A DNA stretch of 64,000 bases from an uncultured Verrucomicrobiae bacterium (GCA_963801815.1 CAWDGJ010000002.1:512001-576000), one strand, 5' to 3'; counted from the stretch's first letter, positions 40,396 to 49,488 are shown. Notes: generated by a model from the sequence alone, not told the origin. A program made the numbers and translations.

Positions 40396-41301
40396 CTACA
40401 CCTGATCGCTCCCGTAGTAGCCGGATTTATGACGACCTTTGAACGTAAGCTCTGCGATCCCAGATTTATCGAGCTCGCCGAGACCCTCCGCGATCATGTG
40501 CTCGTACTGTTCTTTGGTCGCGCGAGCGAGTGGCAATTCAAGACCGAGCTGACGAGCCAGCTCATAGGCGATGCCGCTGTCTTTGGCCGCGTGGGCAGCG
40601 GAGAAGAAACAACTGTGATCGCGGTTTTGCATGTCTTCACCGTCGGTCTCGAGGACGCGCGAGTTGGCTCCAGTCTGTGCGAAAACTTCGCGAAGCATTT
40701 TCAAATTAAGGCCGAGCGCAGCACCAAGGCCGAGACCTTCGGCCAGGCTAGCCGTGTTGATATTCATTACCATATTGACGAGCGCTTTTACTTTCGCGGC
40801 TTCGCCCGCTTTACCGATGAAGCGAATGCTCGCAGCAAGCTCTCTTAAAATCGGTTCGGCCTTCCCAAACGCTCTCTCGCTTCCGCCGCACATCAAATAA
40901 AGTTTGCCTTCGCGCGCCTGGGTGATGCTCGAGGCCATGCAGGCTTCAAGCGATTCCGCGCCGGCTTTCTCCGCGAGTTTCTCAACTTCAACATGCACCT
41001 CCGGCGAAATCGTCGCGCAATTAATAAAAAGTTTTCCTCGCGCGTTTTTGAGCAGATTGTCGCCGCTCCCGGAAAAAATTTCTCGCATCGCGTTGTCATC
41101 AGTCACAACCGTGAAAATCACGTCGGACTCGGCCGTGACTTCCGACAAATCTTGAGCTGCCGCGCAACCAAGCTCCGTTGCGAGATCAGTCGCTGCTTTG
41201 CGATTGGAATCGTAAACCGCGGTGATATTAGATCCGCGATCTTTCAACCGCCGCGCCATATTCGCGCCCATTCGACCAACGCCAATGAAGCCAATATTCA
41301 T
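40396..41301 (-). CDS. NAD(P)-dependent oxidoreductase, 3-hydroxyisobutyrate dehydrogenase family
   Basis: IGFIGVGRMGANMARRL, ATISP, LYLMCGG, KVKALVN, KDSGIA. Confidence 0.9.
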   Translation of the reverse strand: MNIGFIGVGRMGANMARRLKDRGSNITAVYDSNRKAATDLATELGCAAAQDLSEVTAESDVIFTVVTDDNAMREIFSGSGDNLLKNARGKLFINCATISPEVHVEVEKLAEKAGAESLEACMASSITQAREGKLYLMCGGSERAFGKAEPILRELAASIRFIGKAGEAAKVKALVNMVMNINTASLAEGLGLGAALGLNLKMLREVFAQTGANSRVLETDGEDMQNRDHSCFFSAAHAAKDSGIAYELARQLGLELPLARATKEQYEHMIAEGLGELDKSGIAELTFKGRHKSGYYGSDQV

Positions 41302-41675
41302 GTTTGAGGTTTGGTGTTTGAGGTTTGATTTCTGCTCGAAGTGCGCCGTCCTGCGGTGAAGATCGCAGTCAACTCATCGGCTTCTTTGAGCACTTCCTCC
41401 AATTTGTTTGCCGGCAGCAAGTTTCCATCGCGAATCAATTCCAGCCAGTAAATCGTTTCGTCAGCTTCTTCCGCAACGATCCCAAGTTTCGCAGCGAATT
41501 CGGCGCGCGAGCGGGAGCGACAGGCAGCACGATAATTGGCACCAATCGAGGTTCCACTTCGGACAAGCTGATTTGAAATCGCACGACCGGCGGGACTTCG
41601 AGGCAGCGCATCAACCAACTTCAAGATTCGCAAAGCAAACGCTTTCGTCCGGCTCTGCAGTTCCTGTTTGTTCAT
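41298..41675 (-). CDS. Four helix bundle protein (23S rRNA IVP-like family)
   Basis: RTKAFALRI, QLVRSGTSIGANYRAACRSRSRAEF.AKLGIV.EEADET.YWLEL. Confidence 0.92.
   Translation of the reverse strand: MNKQELQSRTKAFALRILKLVDALPRSPAGRAISNQLVRSGTSIGANYRAACRSRSRAEFAAKLGIVAEEADETIYWLELIRDGNLLPANKLEEVLKEADELTAIFTAGRRTSSRNQTSNTKPQT
41301..41328. repeat. Heptamer array at the 3' end of the four helix bundle gene
   Basis: TGTTTGA GGTTTGG TGTTTGA GGTTTGA. Confidence 0.75.
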
Positions 41676-41681
41676 GGGGAA

Positions 41682-41713
41682 ACATCTTAAATCTTACATC
41701 CAACATCTTACAT
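41682..41713. repeat. Heptamer array 5' of the four helix bundle gene
   Basis: ACATCTT AAATCTT ACATCCA ACATCTT ACAT. Confidence 0.75.
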
Positions 41714-41724
41714 GCCGGAAAGCC

Positions 41725-42543
41725 CTAAAGCTTTCCGGCGAAGAACGGATTGTGCTGCTTCTCTTCTGCGACCGACGTCATTGGCCCGTGACCTGGACAA
41801 ATGATTGTTTCATCGGGAAGCGTGAGAATTTTTTCGAGATTATTTTGCACCGCCTCTTTGTAGGAAACGCTGCCGCCGCCCATTGAGCCGGCGAAAAGCG
41901 AATCACCGACGATCGCGACCGGCCGGGCGAGGCCGGTGCAAACAAACGTCATTCCACCGGGGGAATGTCCCCAAGTCAGCCGGGCTTCGATGTCCACCTT
42001 GCCAAGGCGAAAATGTTTTCCTTCTTCGATTTTTTCGGCGCCGGGAACCGGTTCGCCCGCTGGCGTAAAAACTTCGGCACCTGTCTCCTCGCGCAACCGC
42101 GGCAGATCCGCCACGTGATCGGAGTGCGTGTGCGTCAGCAAAATCATCTTGATGCTCAGATTTTCCTTCATCGCCAGTTTGAGCATGCCGTTGCAATCCG
42201 CGCCGGTATCGAAAGCGGCGGCGTGTTTCGAACCGGAATCCCAGACGAGGTAAGCATTCACCAGCATTCCGTTGTAACTCGTGCTGAATTGGGCGAGTCC
42301 GTCGACGTTCTCGATGTTTGCCGGCCTGTATCTGCCGCGCGCAAGATCGACAAGCGTATCAGCATCGAGATTCAAAGCCGGGGCGATTGCACGCAAGGTC
42401 GCTTCATCAACTTTTCCGTCGCGCACTTTGTGAATCGCCTCTGCACTCGCGCCTGATTTTCTTGCCAGCTCACTGTCGGAAATTTCCAAACCACGCTGCG
42501 CTTTGCCGACGATGTCGCCAAAATTGTCTTCGAGTTCGATCAT
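41725..42543 (-). CDS. MBL-fold metallo-hydrolase with N-terminal HTH-like segment
   Basis: THTHSDH, GHSPGG, GDSLF, PGHGP; N-terminus LEDNFGDIVGKAQRGLEISDSELARKSG resembles an XRE helix pattern. Confidence 0.88.
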   Translation of the reverse strand: MIELEDNFGDIVGKAQRGLEISDSELARKSGASAEAIHKVRDGKVDEATLRAIAPALNLDADTLVDLARGRYRPANIENVDGLAQFSTSYNGMLVNAYLVWDSGSKHAAAFDTGADCNGMLKLAMKENLSIKMILLTHTHSDHVADLPRLREETGAEVFTPAGEPVPGAEKIEEGKHFRLGKVDIEARLTWGHSPGGMTFVCTGLARPVAIVGDSLFAGSMGGGSVSYKEAVQNNLEKILTLPDETIICPGHGPMTSVAEEKQHNPFFAGKL

Positions 42544-42555
42544 AACCTTTGTTCG

Positions 42556-43224
42556 TCAGTGCGAGAGGGCGTGCGCTTCTCTCTGACCGCGCAATTCCCG
42601 AATTTTTTCGCCAACCAGTTTCTCATACGCTCGAGCAACATCGATAACGGAAAGCGATTTGCCGGTTTCCTTTTCCATTGAGGTCATCGTGATGTTGGAA
42701 ATTCCGCACGGGACGATGTGGGCGAACGGCGAGAGATCGCCGCAAACATTCAACGCGAAACCGTGCATCGTGATCCAATGCCGGACTCCGACGCCAATCG
42801 ACGCGATTTTCCGATTTGCGACCCAAACCCCGGTGAGACCTTCGCGTTGAGCTGCCGAAATTTTGTAGAGCGCGAGGAAATCAATCAACGTTTCTTCCAG
42901 CCAACGCAGATAGCGATGCAAATCCTGGCCGCAGCGGCGAAGATCAACAATCGGGTAGCACATAAGTTGTCCCGGGCCGTGGTAGGTTGCCTGGCCGCCG
43001 CGGTTGATCGGGAACAAAGGATGCGGCAACTGCGTCGCGTCTAGCAAACTCGATTTGTCGGGCGTTCGCCCGATCGTGTAAACGGGTCCGTGCTCGAGCA
43101 AAAGAATTTCGTCGGCGGCGCTGGATTCTTCGCGCTTTCGCGCAACGGTGTCTTCCTGAAGCGCGAGCGCATCAGCAAAATCGACGCGACCCAGCCACGA
43201 AACTCTAAGAAGGATCTCGCTCAT
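42556..43224 (-). CDS. lipB: Lipoyl(octanoyl) transferase
   Basis: LLEHGPVYTIGR, RGGQATYHGPGQL, KIASIG, HGFALNV, IVPCGI. Confidence 0.95.
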   Translation of the reverse strand: MSEILLRVSWLGRVDFADALALQEDTVARKREESSAADEILLLEHGPVYTIGRTPDKSSLLDATQLPHPLFPINRGGQATYHGPGQLMCYPIVDLRRCGQDLHRYLRWLEETLIDFLALYKISAAQREGLTGVWVANRKIASIGVGVRHWITMHGFALNVCGDLSPFAHIVPCGISNITMTSMEKETGKSLSVIDVARAYEKLVGEKIRELRGQREAHALSH

Positions 43225-43724
43225 ATCTGTTTCGCTCCCGGAATTCCCATGCGAGCGGTTTCCTGCGCACGGACGTGCGTGAGACCGATTGCGAGCGCAT
43301 CGGCGGCGTCGGAATCGGGCGTTACCGTCAAGCCCAGGAGCGCCCGGACCATGAACGCGACCTGATTTTTTCCCGCGCCACCGCGGCCGACGGTGGCTTG
43401 TTTGATTCGCGTCGGTGGATATTCGAACACCGGCAGCCCGTGCTCGGCCGCGGCTAGAATCGCGGCACCGCGCGCCGCGCCAAGCAATATCGCGGTCTTA
43501 TAACTTTGCACGTAAATCACCGACTCCAGCGCGCAACAATCCGGTTGGTGCTCACGAATCAATTCCGCGAGCTGATCCCGAATCGCGACCAAACAGGATG
43601 ATGAGCGCAGCGATTGCGCGTTGTGAATCGTCCCGAAATAAAGGGCACGCGACTTGCCGTTGTTCGCATCGACGATCGCGACGCCGGTGTTGCGCAGCGA
43701 AGCGTCAATAGCGAGTACGCGCAT
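43221..43724 (-). CDS. ruvC: Holliday junction endodeoxyribonuclease
   Basis: VLAIDASLRNTG, ALESV, ARGAAIL, EYPPTRIKQATVGRG.A.K.QV, DAADALAIGL. Confidence 0.93.
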   Translation of the reverse strand: MRVLAIDASLRNTGVAIVDANNGKSRALYFGTIHNAQSLRSSSCLVAIRDQLAELIREHQPDCCALESVIYVQSYKTAILLGAARGAAILAAAEHGLPVFEYPPTRIKQATVGRGGAGKNQVAFMVRALLGLTVTPDSDAADALAIGLTHVRAQETARMGIPGAKQI

Positions 43725-43725
43725 C

Positions 43726-44250
43726 TTAACGAGCCAATCCGAGCGCGAAAAAAACGCAACCGGCAATTCCAAAAAGCAAACTCACTACCCAAAAGCGGCG
43801 GAGCTTGGTGAGGGCGGAGATCGCAGCAATAGCGATCGCGATCTGAAACATGGTGACGCCGCGGGCAAGAACTTCGTGTTGATGAAAATTTGATTTGGCT
43901 TCGTCTTGTTTCTCATTCGCTCCTTTCTCAATCTCCTTTTGCTCGTCCTGATATCGCTCTGCCTTTGATCGGTCTTCTTCGGTAGCGTTCCCGCCCAGCG
44001 ACATTTTGGCGTCGAGAACTGCGGCTTTGATCCCTTTAGCTTGGTAATAGGCCCATTGATCGGACGATTCGATCTGGCTCATCATCGCTTCGTTGGCGTG
44101 CATTCCGGAAAGCAATCCGGCGACGGCGGCGAGAACAGCGAGAATTGCGGTACTGAGCGCGACCCAGGCAATCCAGCGTTCTCCTCCATGCTCGGCGCGG
44201 TGATGAATTTCTTCGTGTAAATTTTCCAACGGCACTTCGGCTTCTTCCAT
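43726..44250 (-). CDS. DUF4337-like membrane protein
   Basis: VALSTAILAVLAAV, SDQWAYYQAKGIK, FQIAIAIAAIS. Confidence 0.75.
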   Translation of the reverse strand: MEEAEVPLENLHEEIHHRAEHGGERWIAWVALSTAILAVLAAVAGLLSGMHANEAMMSQIESSDQWAYYQAKGIKAAVLDAKMSLGGNATEEDRSKAERYQDEQKEIEKGANEKQDEAKSNFHQHEVLARGVTMFQIAIAIAAISALTKLRRFWVVSLLFGIAGCVFFALGLAR

Positions 44251-44289
44251 GCGTTCTACCTTAAGATCGACATCAACGCCTTCAAGATC

Positions 44290-44649
44290 GGAAAATTTGC
44301 CGGCACGGTTTTCACGGTGGGCATCATCGGGGTCGGATTTCTGGCAATTTCCCACGCTAACGGGCTCGACCAACGCTTCCGGGGCGCGCGCCCGTTTTAT
44401 CTGGTGATTATTGTTTCGACCGTCAACGGCGTCGTCATGGACTTCCTCAAGATTAATCCTGTGCGAGCACTTTATTGGACGGCCGTGATTAACGGGATGC
44501 TCGCGCCATTCTTGATGGTGGCAATCTTACTGATCGCGCTCGATCGAACGGTGATGAAAGGCCAGCCGAGCGCCGCCTTGAGCGCAGTGGTAGTTTCGGT
44601 TGCAACCCTGTTAATGTTCGGCGCGGCGATCGGGATGTTTATCTTCTGA
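44290..44649 (+). pseudogene. C-terminal remnant of an NRAMP-like divalent metal transporter
   Basis: GKFAGTVFTVGIIGVGFLAI...ARPFYLVI...INPVRALYWTAVINGMLAP...DRTVM matches the last TMs of this family; no N-terminal part; apparent frameshift/deletion around CCCACGCTAACGGGCTCG; 3' end overlaps the convergent ATPase. Confidence 0.65.
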
Positions 44650-46860
44650 GCGGTAAGCGAGCAGTCGCAGCGCGTTCAACACTACGACAACCGTGCTGCC
44701 TTCATGGCCGAGCACACCAATCGTCAGATTGATCTTTTGCGCGAGCGCAGACACGACCAGCAAAACGATTACGCCGAGCGATATGATGATATTCTGACGA
44801 ATGATCGATCGCGCGCGCCGACTCAGCATGACAGCGTGCTCAACATTCTCGATCTTGTCATGCATTAAAATCACGTCGGCCTGCTCGAGCGCCGCATCCG
44901 ATCCGCGTGCGCCCATGCCGATGGCAACATCGGCGGCCGTTAGACTGGGCGCATCGTTAATTCCGTCGCCAACCATCGCCACCTTCTTCCCTTCCTGCCG
45001 CCAGCGGTGAATGCATTGCAGTTTCGCCGCGGGCGCGATCTCGGCATGCACCTCTTCAATTCCAACCAACCGCGCGACCGATTTTGCGGCAGAAGCCCGA
45101 TCGCCGGTCAAAAGCGCGACGGCGATTCCATTTTGTTTCAAGAATTCGACCACGTCCCACGACGCGGGGCGAACTTGATCGCGCAGAAAAATGATTGCTA
45201 TTGGTCGGTGCGTGGCAATCCAAACTTCGGCATCACTGCCGCTGGAGAGCGCGGGCAGCTGAATTCCCCGGTCAACGAGAAGCCGGCGATTGCCCACCAA
45301 AATTTGCTCGCCGTTGATCGAAGCTTCCATTCCAAAACCCGGAATGTTTTGGAAATCGGTTGCCTTCAGCGAAGCGAGGCTGCGCTTTTCCGCTTCGCGA
45401 ATGATCGCGCGTGCGAGGGGGTGAGTGGAAAATCTTGCGACGGAGGCAGCCATTGCGAGAACTTCCTCTTCGGTCTTAACGTCGAGGATGTCGATCCTAC
45501 GCACTGCTAGGGCGCCGGTCGTCAATGTTCCGGTCTTATCGAAGGCGAATTGATTAACGCCTGCCAAATTTTCAATTGCGACACCACCGCGAAACAAAAT
45601 GCCGTTGCGCGCACCGGCGGCAATCGCAACGAGGATTGCCGACGGAATTGAAAGCACCAATGCACAGGGCGATGCGACCACGAGCAAAGTCATCGTGCGG
45701 TAAAACGCTTCGGTGAAAGGCTTCTGCGCAAACAAAACCAAAAAAACCAGCGCACTTAAACCAAGGGCGAACCAGGTGTAGTAGCGACTAATTGCGTCGG
45801 TGAATCTTTGGGCCGGCGCTTTTTGCTGCTGAGCAGTCCGAATCAGATCAAGGATTCGATGGAGCGCGCTATCCTCAGCTGGGCGCGTCACGCGAACCAC
45901 CGCCTGGCCATCGAGGTTAAGCGTGCCACTGCTTACAGAATCGCCGCTTCGTTTTGGAACTGGCAAAGATTCGCCGGTCAGCGCCGATTCGTCTGCCGAA
46001 GTGGCGCCTTCGATGATGACGCCATCGACTGGGAACAAATCCCCGGCTTTGATCAAGAGCTCATCGTTGCGCTGCACTTCCTCAATTCGAACATCGACCC
46101 ACGATTTACCCTGGCGACGCAAGGCACGTTGGGGCGCAACTTTTAAGAGCGACTCAATCGTTTTGTTCGTGCGATGATTGGCGAATTGCTCGAGCGCATT
46201 GCTCAACGAGAACAAAAAGAGCAATGTCGCACCTTCAGTCCAGGCGCGGACCGCCGCTGCGCCCAACGCAACGAAGATCATCAAAAACTGAATGTCGATC
46301 TTGCGCTGTTTCAGACCGCGCCAAACATCGTGGGTCGCGAACCAACCACCGGAAAAATAGGCGAGCGCGAACAAGACGATGATTGATGCGGTCTGAAATG
46401 CGGCGCGTTGCAACAAAAAACCGGCCAGCGTGCTCACGCCGCAAATTGCGACCAGCACCAGCATGATTCGGTAATCATGCGGGACCGCGGGCGGAACCGG
46501 CCGGTTCCGCCACTGCGGCAGCTGAATGCGCTCCCAAATCAAGCGCCCTTCGTTCGGGGGATGCGCCCGATGAAATTCCAGGACATGATCGTTGATCTGG
46601 TGTTCGTGAAACAGCGAAGATTGGCCGTTGCGCGCCACGGAAATGCGCCATTGGCCGTCGAACTCACGATGCACTTCGGCCGCGACCCGATACAAAAGTC
46701 TCTTCGACGGCTTTCGGTAAAAACCAAGATCAATCTCGCGCCCGGCAGCGTCGATGCGCACTTGCTTTACCTGCGGATGCCGGGCAAGGATCCGTTCAAC
46801 CCTTTGTTCGACATCGAGCAAGGGGCTTGAGCGTTGGGTCGGCAATGCCAAAGCTTTCAT
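44611..46860 (-). CDS. Heavy-metal P-type ATPase, P1B-4-like
   Basis: TGES, ASPCAL (SPC), FDKTGT, HP, MVGDGINDAP, HEGST. Confidence 0.93.
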   Translation of the reverse strand: MKALALPTQRSSPLLDVEQRVERILARHPQVKQVRIDAAGREIDLGFYRKPSKRLLYRVAAEVHREFDGQWRISVARNGQSSLFHEHQINDHVLEFHRAHPPNEGRLIWERIQLPQWRNRPVPPAVPHDYRIMLVLVAICGVSTLAGFLLQRAAFQTASIIVLFALAYFSGGWFATHDVWRGLKQRKIDIQFLMIFVALGAAAVRAWTEGATLLFLFSLSNALEQFANHRTNKTIESLLKVAPQRALRRQGKSWVDVRIEEVQRNDELLIKAGDLFPVDGVIIEGATSADESALTGESLPVPKRSGDSVSSGTLNLDGQAVVRVTRPAEDSALHRILDLIRTAQQQKAPAQRFTDAISRYYTWFALGLSALVFLVLFAQKPFTEAFYRTMTLLVVASPCALVLSIPSAILVAIAAGARNGILFRGGVAIENLAGVNQFAFDKTGTLTTGALAVRRIDILDVKTEEEVLAMAASVARFSTHPLARAIIREAEKRSLASLKATDFQNIPGFGMEASINGEQILVGNRRLLVDRGIQLPALSSGSDAEVWIATHRPIAIIFLRDQVRPASWDVVEFLKQNGIAVALLTGDRASAAKSVARLVGIEEVHAEIAPAAKLQCIHRWRQEGKKVAMVGDGINDAPSLTAADVAIGMGARGSDAALEQADVILMHDKIENVEHAVMLSRRARSIIRQNIIISLGVIVLLVVSALAQKINLTIGVLGHEGSTVVVVLNALRLLAYRSEDKHPDRRAEH

Positions 46861-46870
46861 TTCGCCAGCT

Positions 46871-46954
46871 TCAGCCGTGGCGCAGCCACCAGCCCATCAA
46901 CACTGCAAACGACACAATGACCGCGGTGATATATATCGCGATGATCTGTTCCAT
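46871..46954 (-). CDS. 27-aa single-TM peptide 2 (not in ORF track)
   Basis: MEQIIAIYITAVIVSFAVLMGWWLRHG*; AGAAAGGA SD upstream; stop is 10 nt before the ATPase ATG. Confidence 0.65.
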   Translation of the reverse strand: MEQIIAIYITAVIVSFAVLMGWWLRHG

Positions 46955-47005
46955 AAATCGGTCCTTTCTATCAATTTCTGCTCGCGCCCGGTCGCGACGT
47001 TGCCG

Positions 47006-47089
47006 CTAGGTCTTTGGCAAAAGCCAATGAACAAGCAGCGCGTAAAGTCCGACCGTCATCAGCGCGAGCATTACAACTACGTAGTCCAC
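47006..47089 (-). CDS. 27-aa single-TM peptide 1 (not in ORF track)
   Basis: GTG start, MDYVVVMLALMTVGLYALLVHWLLPKT*; AGAAAGGA SD upstream. Confidence 0.6.
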   Translation of the reverse strand: MDYVVVMLALMTVGLYALLVHWLLPKT

Positions 47090-47140
47090 AATTTGGTTTT
47101 CCTTTCTGCTGAATAACTTGGCGTCACTTCAGGTGTGTCG

Positions 47141-47176
47141 CTCGTCACGGCTTGCGTTTAGCTGAGCAAATATTGC
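47141..47176 (-). promoter_or_regulatory. Island direct-repeat motif, site 1 (peptides + P-type ATPase)
   Basis: gCAAtatttgctcagctaaacgCAAgccgtgacGAG; CAA to CAA = 21 bp. Confidence 0.65.
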
Positions 47177-47205
47177 TAGGGGCCGCCGTCGGCGGCGCGC
47201 GCTGC

Positions 47206-47241
47206 GCAAAAAACGCACATGATTTAACAAGCGCGGCGCAG
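47206..47241 (+). promoter_or_regulatory. Island direct-repeat motif, site 2 (USP-cNMP)
   Basis: gCAAaaaacgcacatgatttaaCAAgcgcggcgCAG; ATG is 46 nt after the second C. Confidence 0.7.
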
Positions 47242-47273
47242 CGAATCGACGGTTTGCAAGCCAAAGTGCCGGC

Positions 47274-47771
47274 ATGAAAACGCAAACCTTGTCAAAGCGC
47301 AGAACTTCGAATGCCATAAACTTGCAACGAATCCTGGTGCCCGTTGATTTCTCGCCGTTATCGAAGAAAGCGTTGCTGTATGCGACACGGTTGGCCCAGC
47401 AGTTCGGCGCCGAGATTAATATTTTTCACGTCGTCGAGCCGGAAATCCCGCCCGCCTTCGACGGATTCATGATGGCGCCACCGGCGGTTTCGAATGGGGC
47501 GGCCGCGAGCAGTGCCGGACAACTTAAGAGTCTGGTGAACCTGGTGCGCAAAACCGGAGTCACGCGTGTTAACTCGAGCGCTCGCTGCGGGCTGGCTGCC
47601 TTTGAAATCGTTGAAGCGGCCAAAGAGCTCAACGTCGACCTGATCGTGATAGCAACACACGGCTACACGGGTTGGAAACATTTTGCGATCGGCAGCACTG
47701 CCGAACGTGTCGTCCGCGCGGCACTGTGCCCGGTGCTGGTCGTTCGCGACAAAGAACACGAATTCGTTTGA
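47274..47771 (+). CDS. Universal stress protein (single domain)
   Basis: RILVPVDFS, DLIVIATHGYTG, GSTAERVVR, CPVLVVRDKEHEFV. Confidence 0.93.
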   Translation: MKTQTLSKRRTSNAINLQRILVPVDFSPLSKKALLYATRLAQQFGAEINIFHVVEPEIPPAFDGFMMAPPAVSNGAAASSAGQLKSLVNLVRKTGVTRVNSSARCGLAAFEIVEAAKELNVDLIVIATHGYTGWKHFAIGSTAERVVRAALCPVLVVRDKEHEFV

Positions 47772-47795
47772 AATCAAAAACCAAAAGGAAATCCG

Positions 47796-48374
47796 ATGAA
47801 TGCACTGCTTGAACCACCCCCAAAGAAAACGAAGAAGATTGAACCGGAATCGATGGCCACTCGAGTAGCGTTCCATCCATTTCTGGCTGGAATGAATCCG
47901 ACGCAGCTTGCGTTGCTTACCGATTGCGCGATCCCGGTAAACTTCAAGAAAGGCCAAACCATTTTGCGCGAAGGCGAAATGGCAAACCGCTTTTATTTGA
48001 TCGAGAGCGGAAAAGTCGTTCTCGAATCCGGCGAAGGATTCGGCGAGCCGGTGGTCATCGAAACAATCGGCGCGGGAGACTTGCTCGGCTGGTCGTGGAT
48101 GTTTCCGCCTTATGTCTGGCATTTCACCGCGCGCGCGGCCGAGCCAACGAAGGCGATTTTCTTCTACGGAACAATCCTGCGCGAGTACTGCGAGCGCGAC
48201 CATTCGTTAGGCTACGAGCTATTCAAGCGGATGACGCCGGTGATGATGAAACGACTGCAATCGGCGCGTCGCAAGATGCTTTCTGTCCATGCGCATCGGG
48301 CGTCACTTGAACCGGTTGTGCTGGAGTCGCCCTTCCTCGACCAGGAACTCGACATTGCGGAAGAGCGAAAGTAA
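47796..48374 (+). CDS. Stand-alone cyclic nucleotide-binding domain protein (no HTH)
   Basis: HPFLAG, FKKGQTILREGEMANRFYLIESGKV, IGAGDLLGWSW, FTARA; ends DQELDIAEERK. Confidence 0.88.
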   Translation: MNALLEPPPKKTKKIEPESMATRVAFHPFLAGMNPTQLALLTDCAIPVNFKKGQTILREGEMANRFYLIESGKVVLESGEGFGEPVVIETIGAGDLLGWSWMFPPYVWHFTARAAEPTKAIFFYGTILREYCERDHSLGYELFKRMTPVMMKRLQSARRKMLSVHAHRASLEPVVLESPFLDQELDIAEERK

Positions 48375-48436
48375 ATCGTCTCGAAACGCGCTCCAGCGTG
48401 GCCGAATCGGCCATGACGCTTAGGCTGGGTTGGACA

Positions 48437-48465
48437 TTGACGCTAATTCGTCTCGCGCGGATGTT
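48437..48465 (+). promoter_or_regulatory. Putative sigma70-type promoter of PocR-AraC 1
   Basis: TTGACG-17 bp-GATGTT, at an equivalent position to the paralog's promoter at 53636. Confidence 0.55.
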
Positions 48466-48483
48466 ATCCTGTTTCCCTGTCCA

Positions 48484-49425
48484 ATGGTTGACTTACAGGC
48501 TGAGCGCGAAGATTCGAACAAGCAACTGATCGACATGTTGCGGCGATCCCGGCTGTTCCGTGATTACGAGAATGTTTTCACTAAAGCGACCGGTCTGGCT
48601 TTAACCTTGCGGCCGCTTGAATTCTGGCAACTCGCCCATCGCGGCAAAAAGCATGAGAACCCGTTTTGCGCCATGCTCGCGGAACATCCGAAATCGCTGG
48701 CCGTTTGTTTGCAGGCGCACCAGGACATGATCGATCATACCGGTTTGCTTCCGCATACGGTGACTTGCCCGTTTGGACTCACGGAGACGGCGATTCCTGT
48801 GAAACTCGGGGCCGATGTTATCGGTTACCTGCGGATTGGACAGGTTTTGCGCCACACCCCGGCCAAAGCGGATACCAACAAGGTAACCCGCGAGCTCGAG
48901 CAGGCCGGCCTCAAATTTAGCGGTGAATTGCGTAAAGCGTGGGAAAGAAACCCGCTGATTCCGCCCGACAAATACAATGCGATCGTTCGATTGCTCTCAT
49001 TCTTTGGCGAACAACTCTCCGCTTTGACGAACCAGCTCGTGGTCGAGCGCCAAAACGCCGAGCCGCCGCTGGTGCAAAAAGCGCGCGACTACATCGACAA
49101 GCACAAGACGGACGCGTTGTCGCTTTCCGCCGTCGCGCAAGCTGCCGGCGCGAGCGTGTTTCACTTTTGCAAAGTGTTTCGGAAATCGACCGGTTTGAAG
49201 TTCACCGATTATGTCGCACGCGTGCGGCTGGAGGACGCGCGAACGCAATTGCTCAATCCGAATCGCCGCATCAGCGAAGTCGCGTACGACGTCGGTTTCC
49301 AATCGCTGACCCAGTTTAACCGCATGTTCAAACGGGTATTCGGCCAATCGCCTACCGAATTTCGCGAACATCTGAATGGCAGAGGCGCTGAAAAAGCTTC
49401 AAAGACTTCGGGTCGCAATCGCTGA
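48484..49425 (+). CDS. PocR-sensor AraC-family transcriptional regulator 1
   Basis: FTKATGL, NPFC, VC, TCPFGLTETAIPV, GYLRIGQV (PocR, three Cys); C-terminal HFCKVFRKSTG...ISEVAYDVGFQSLTQFNRMFKR AraC HTH. Confidence 0.92.
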   Translation: MVDLQAEREDSNKQLIDMLRRSRLFRDYENVFTKATGLALTLRPLEFWQLAHRGKKHENPFCAMLAEHPKSLAVCLQAHQDMIDHTGLLPHTVTCPFGLTETAIPVKLGADVIGYLRIGQVLRHTPAKADTNKVTRELEQAGLKFSGELRKAWERNPLIPPDKYNAIVRLLSFFGEQLSALTNQLVVERQNAEPPLVQKARDYIDKHKTDALSLSAVAQAAGASVFHFCKVFRKSTGLKFTDYVARVRLEDARTQLLNPNRRISEVAYDVGFQSLTQFNRMFKRVFGQSPTEFREHLNGRGAEKASKTSGRNR

Positions 49426-49488
49426 CTGTAGTCGGCTTTGCCGGCGCATCGATTTGGAATCGACTGCAGCGACAGTAAACCGGCTGGC

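Noticed and set aside
41298..41675. Diversity-generating retroelement (Avd-like gene)
   Set aside because: No reverse transcriptase and no TR/VR repeat pair seen in the window.
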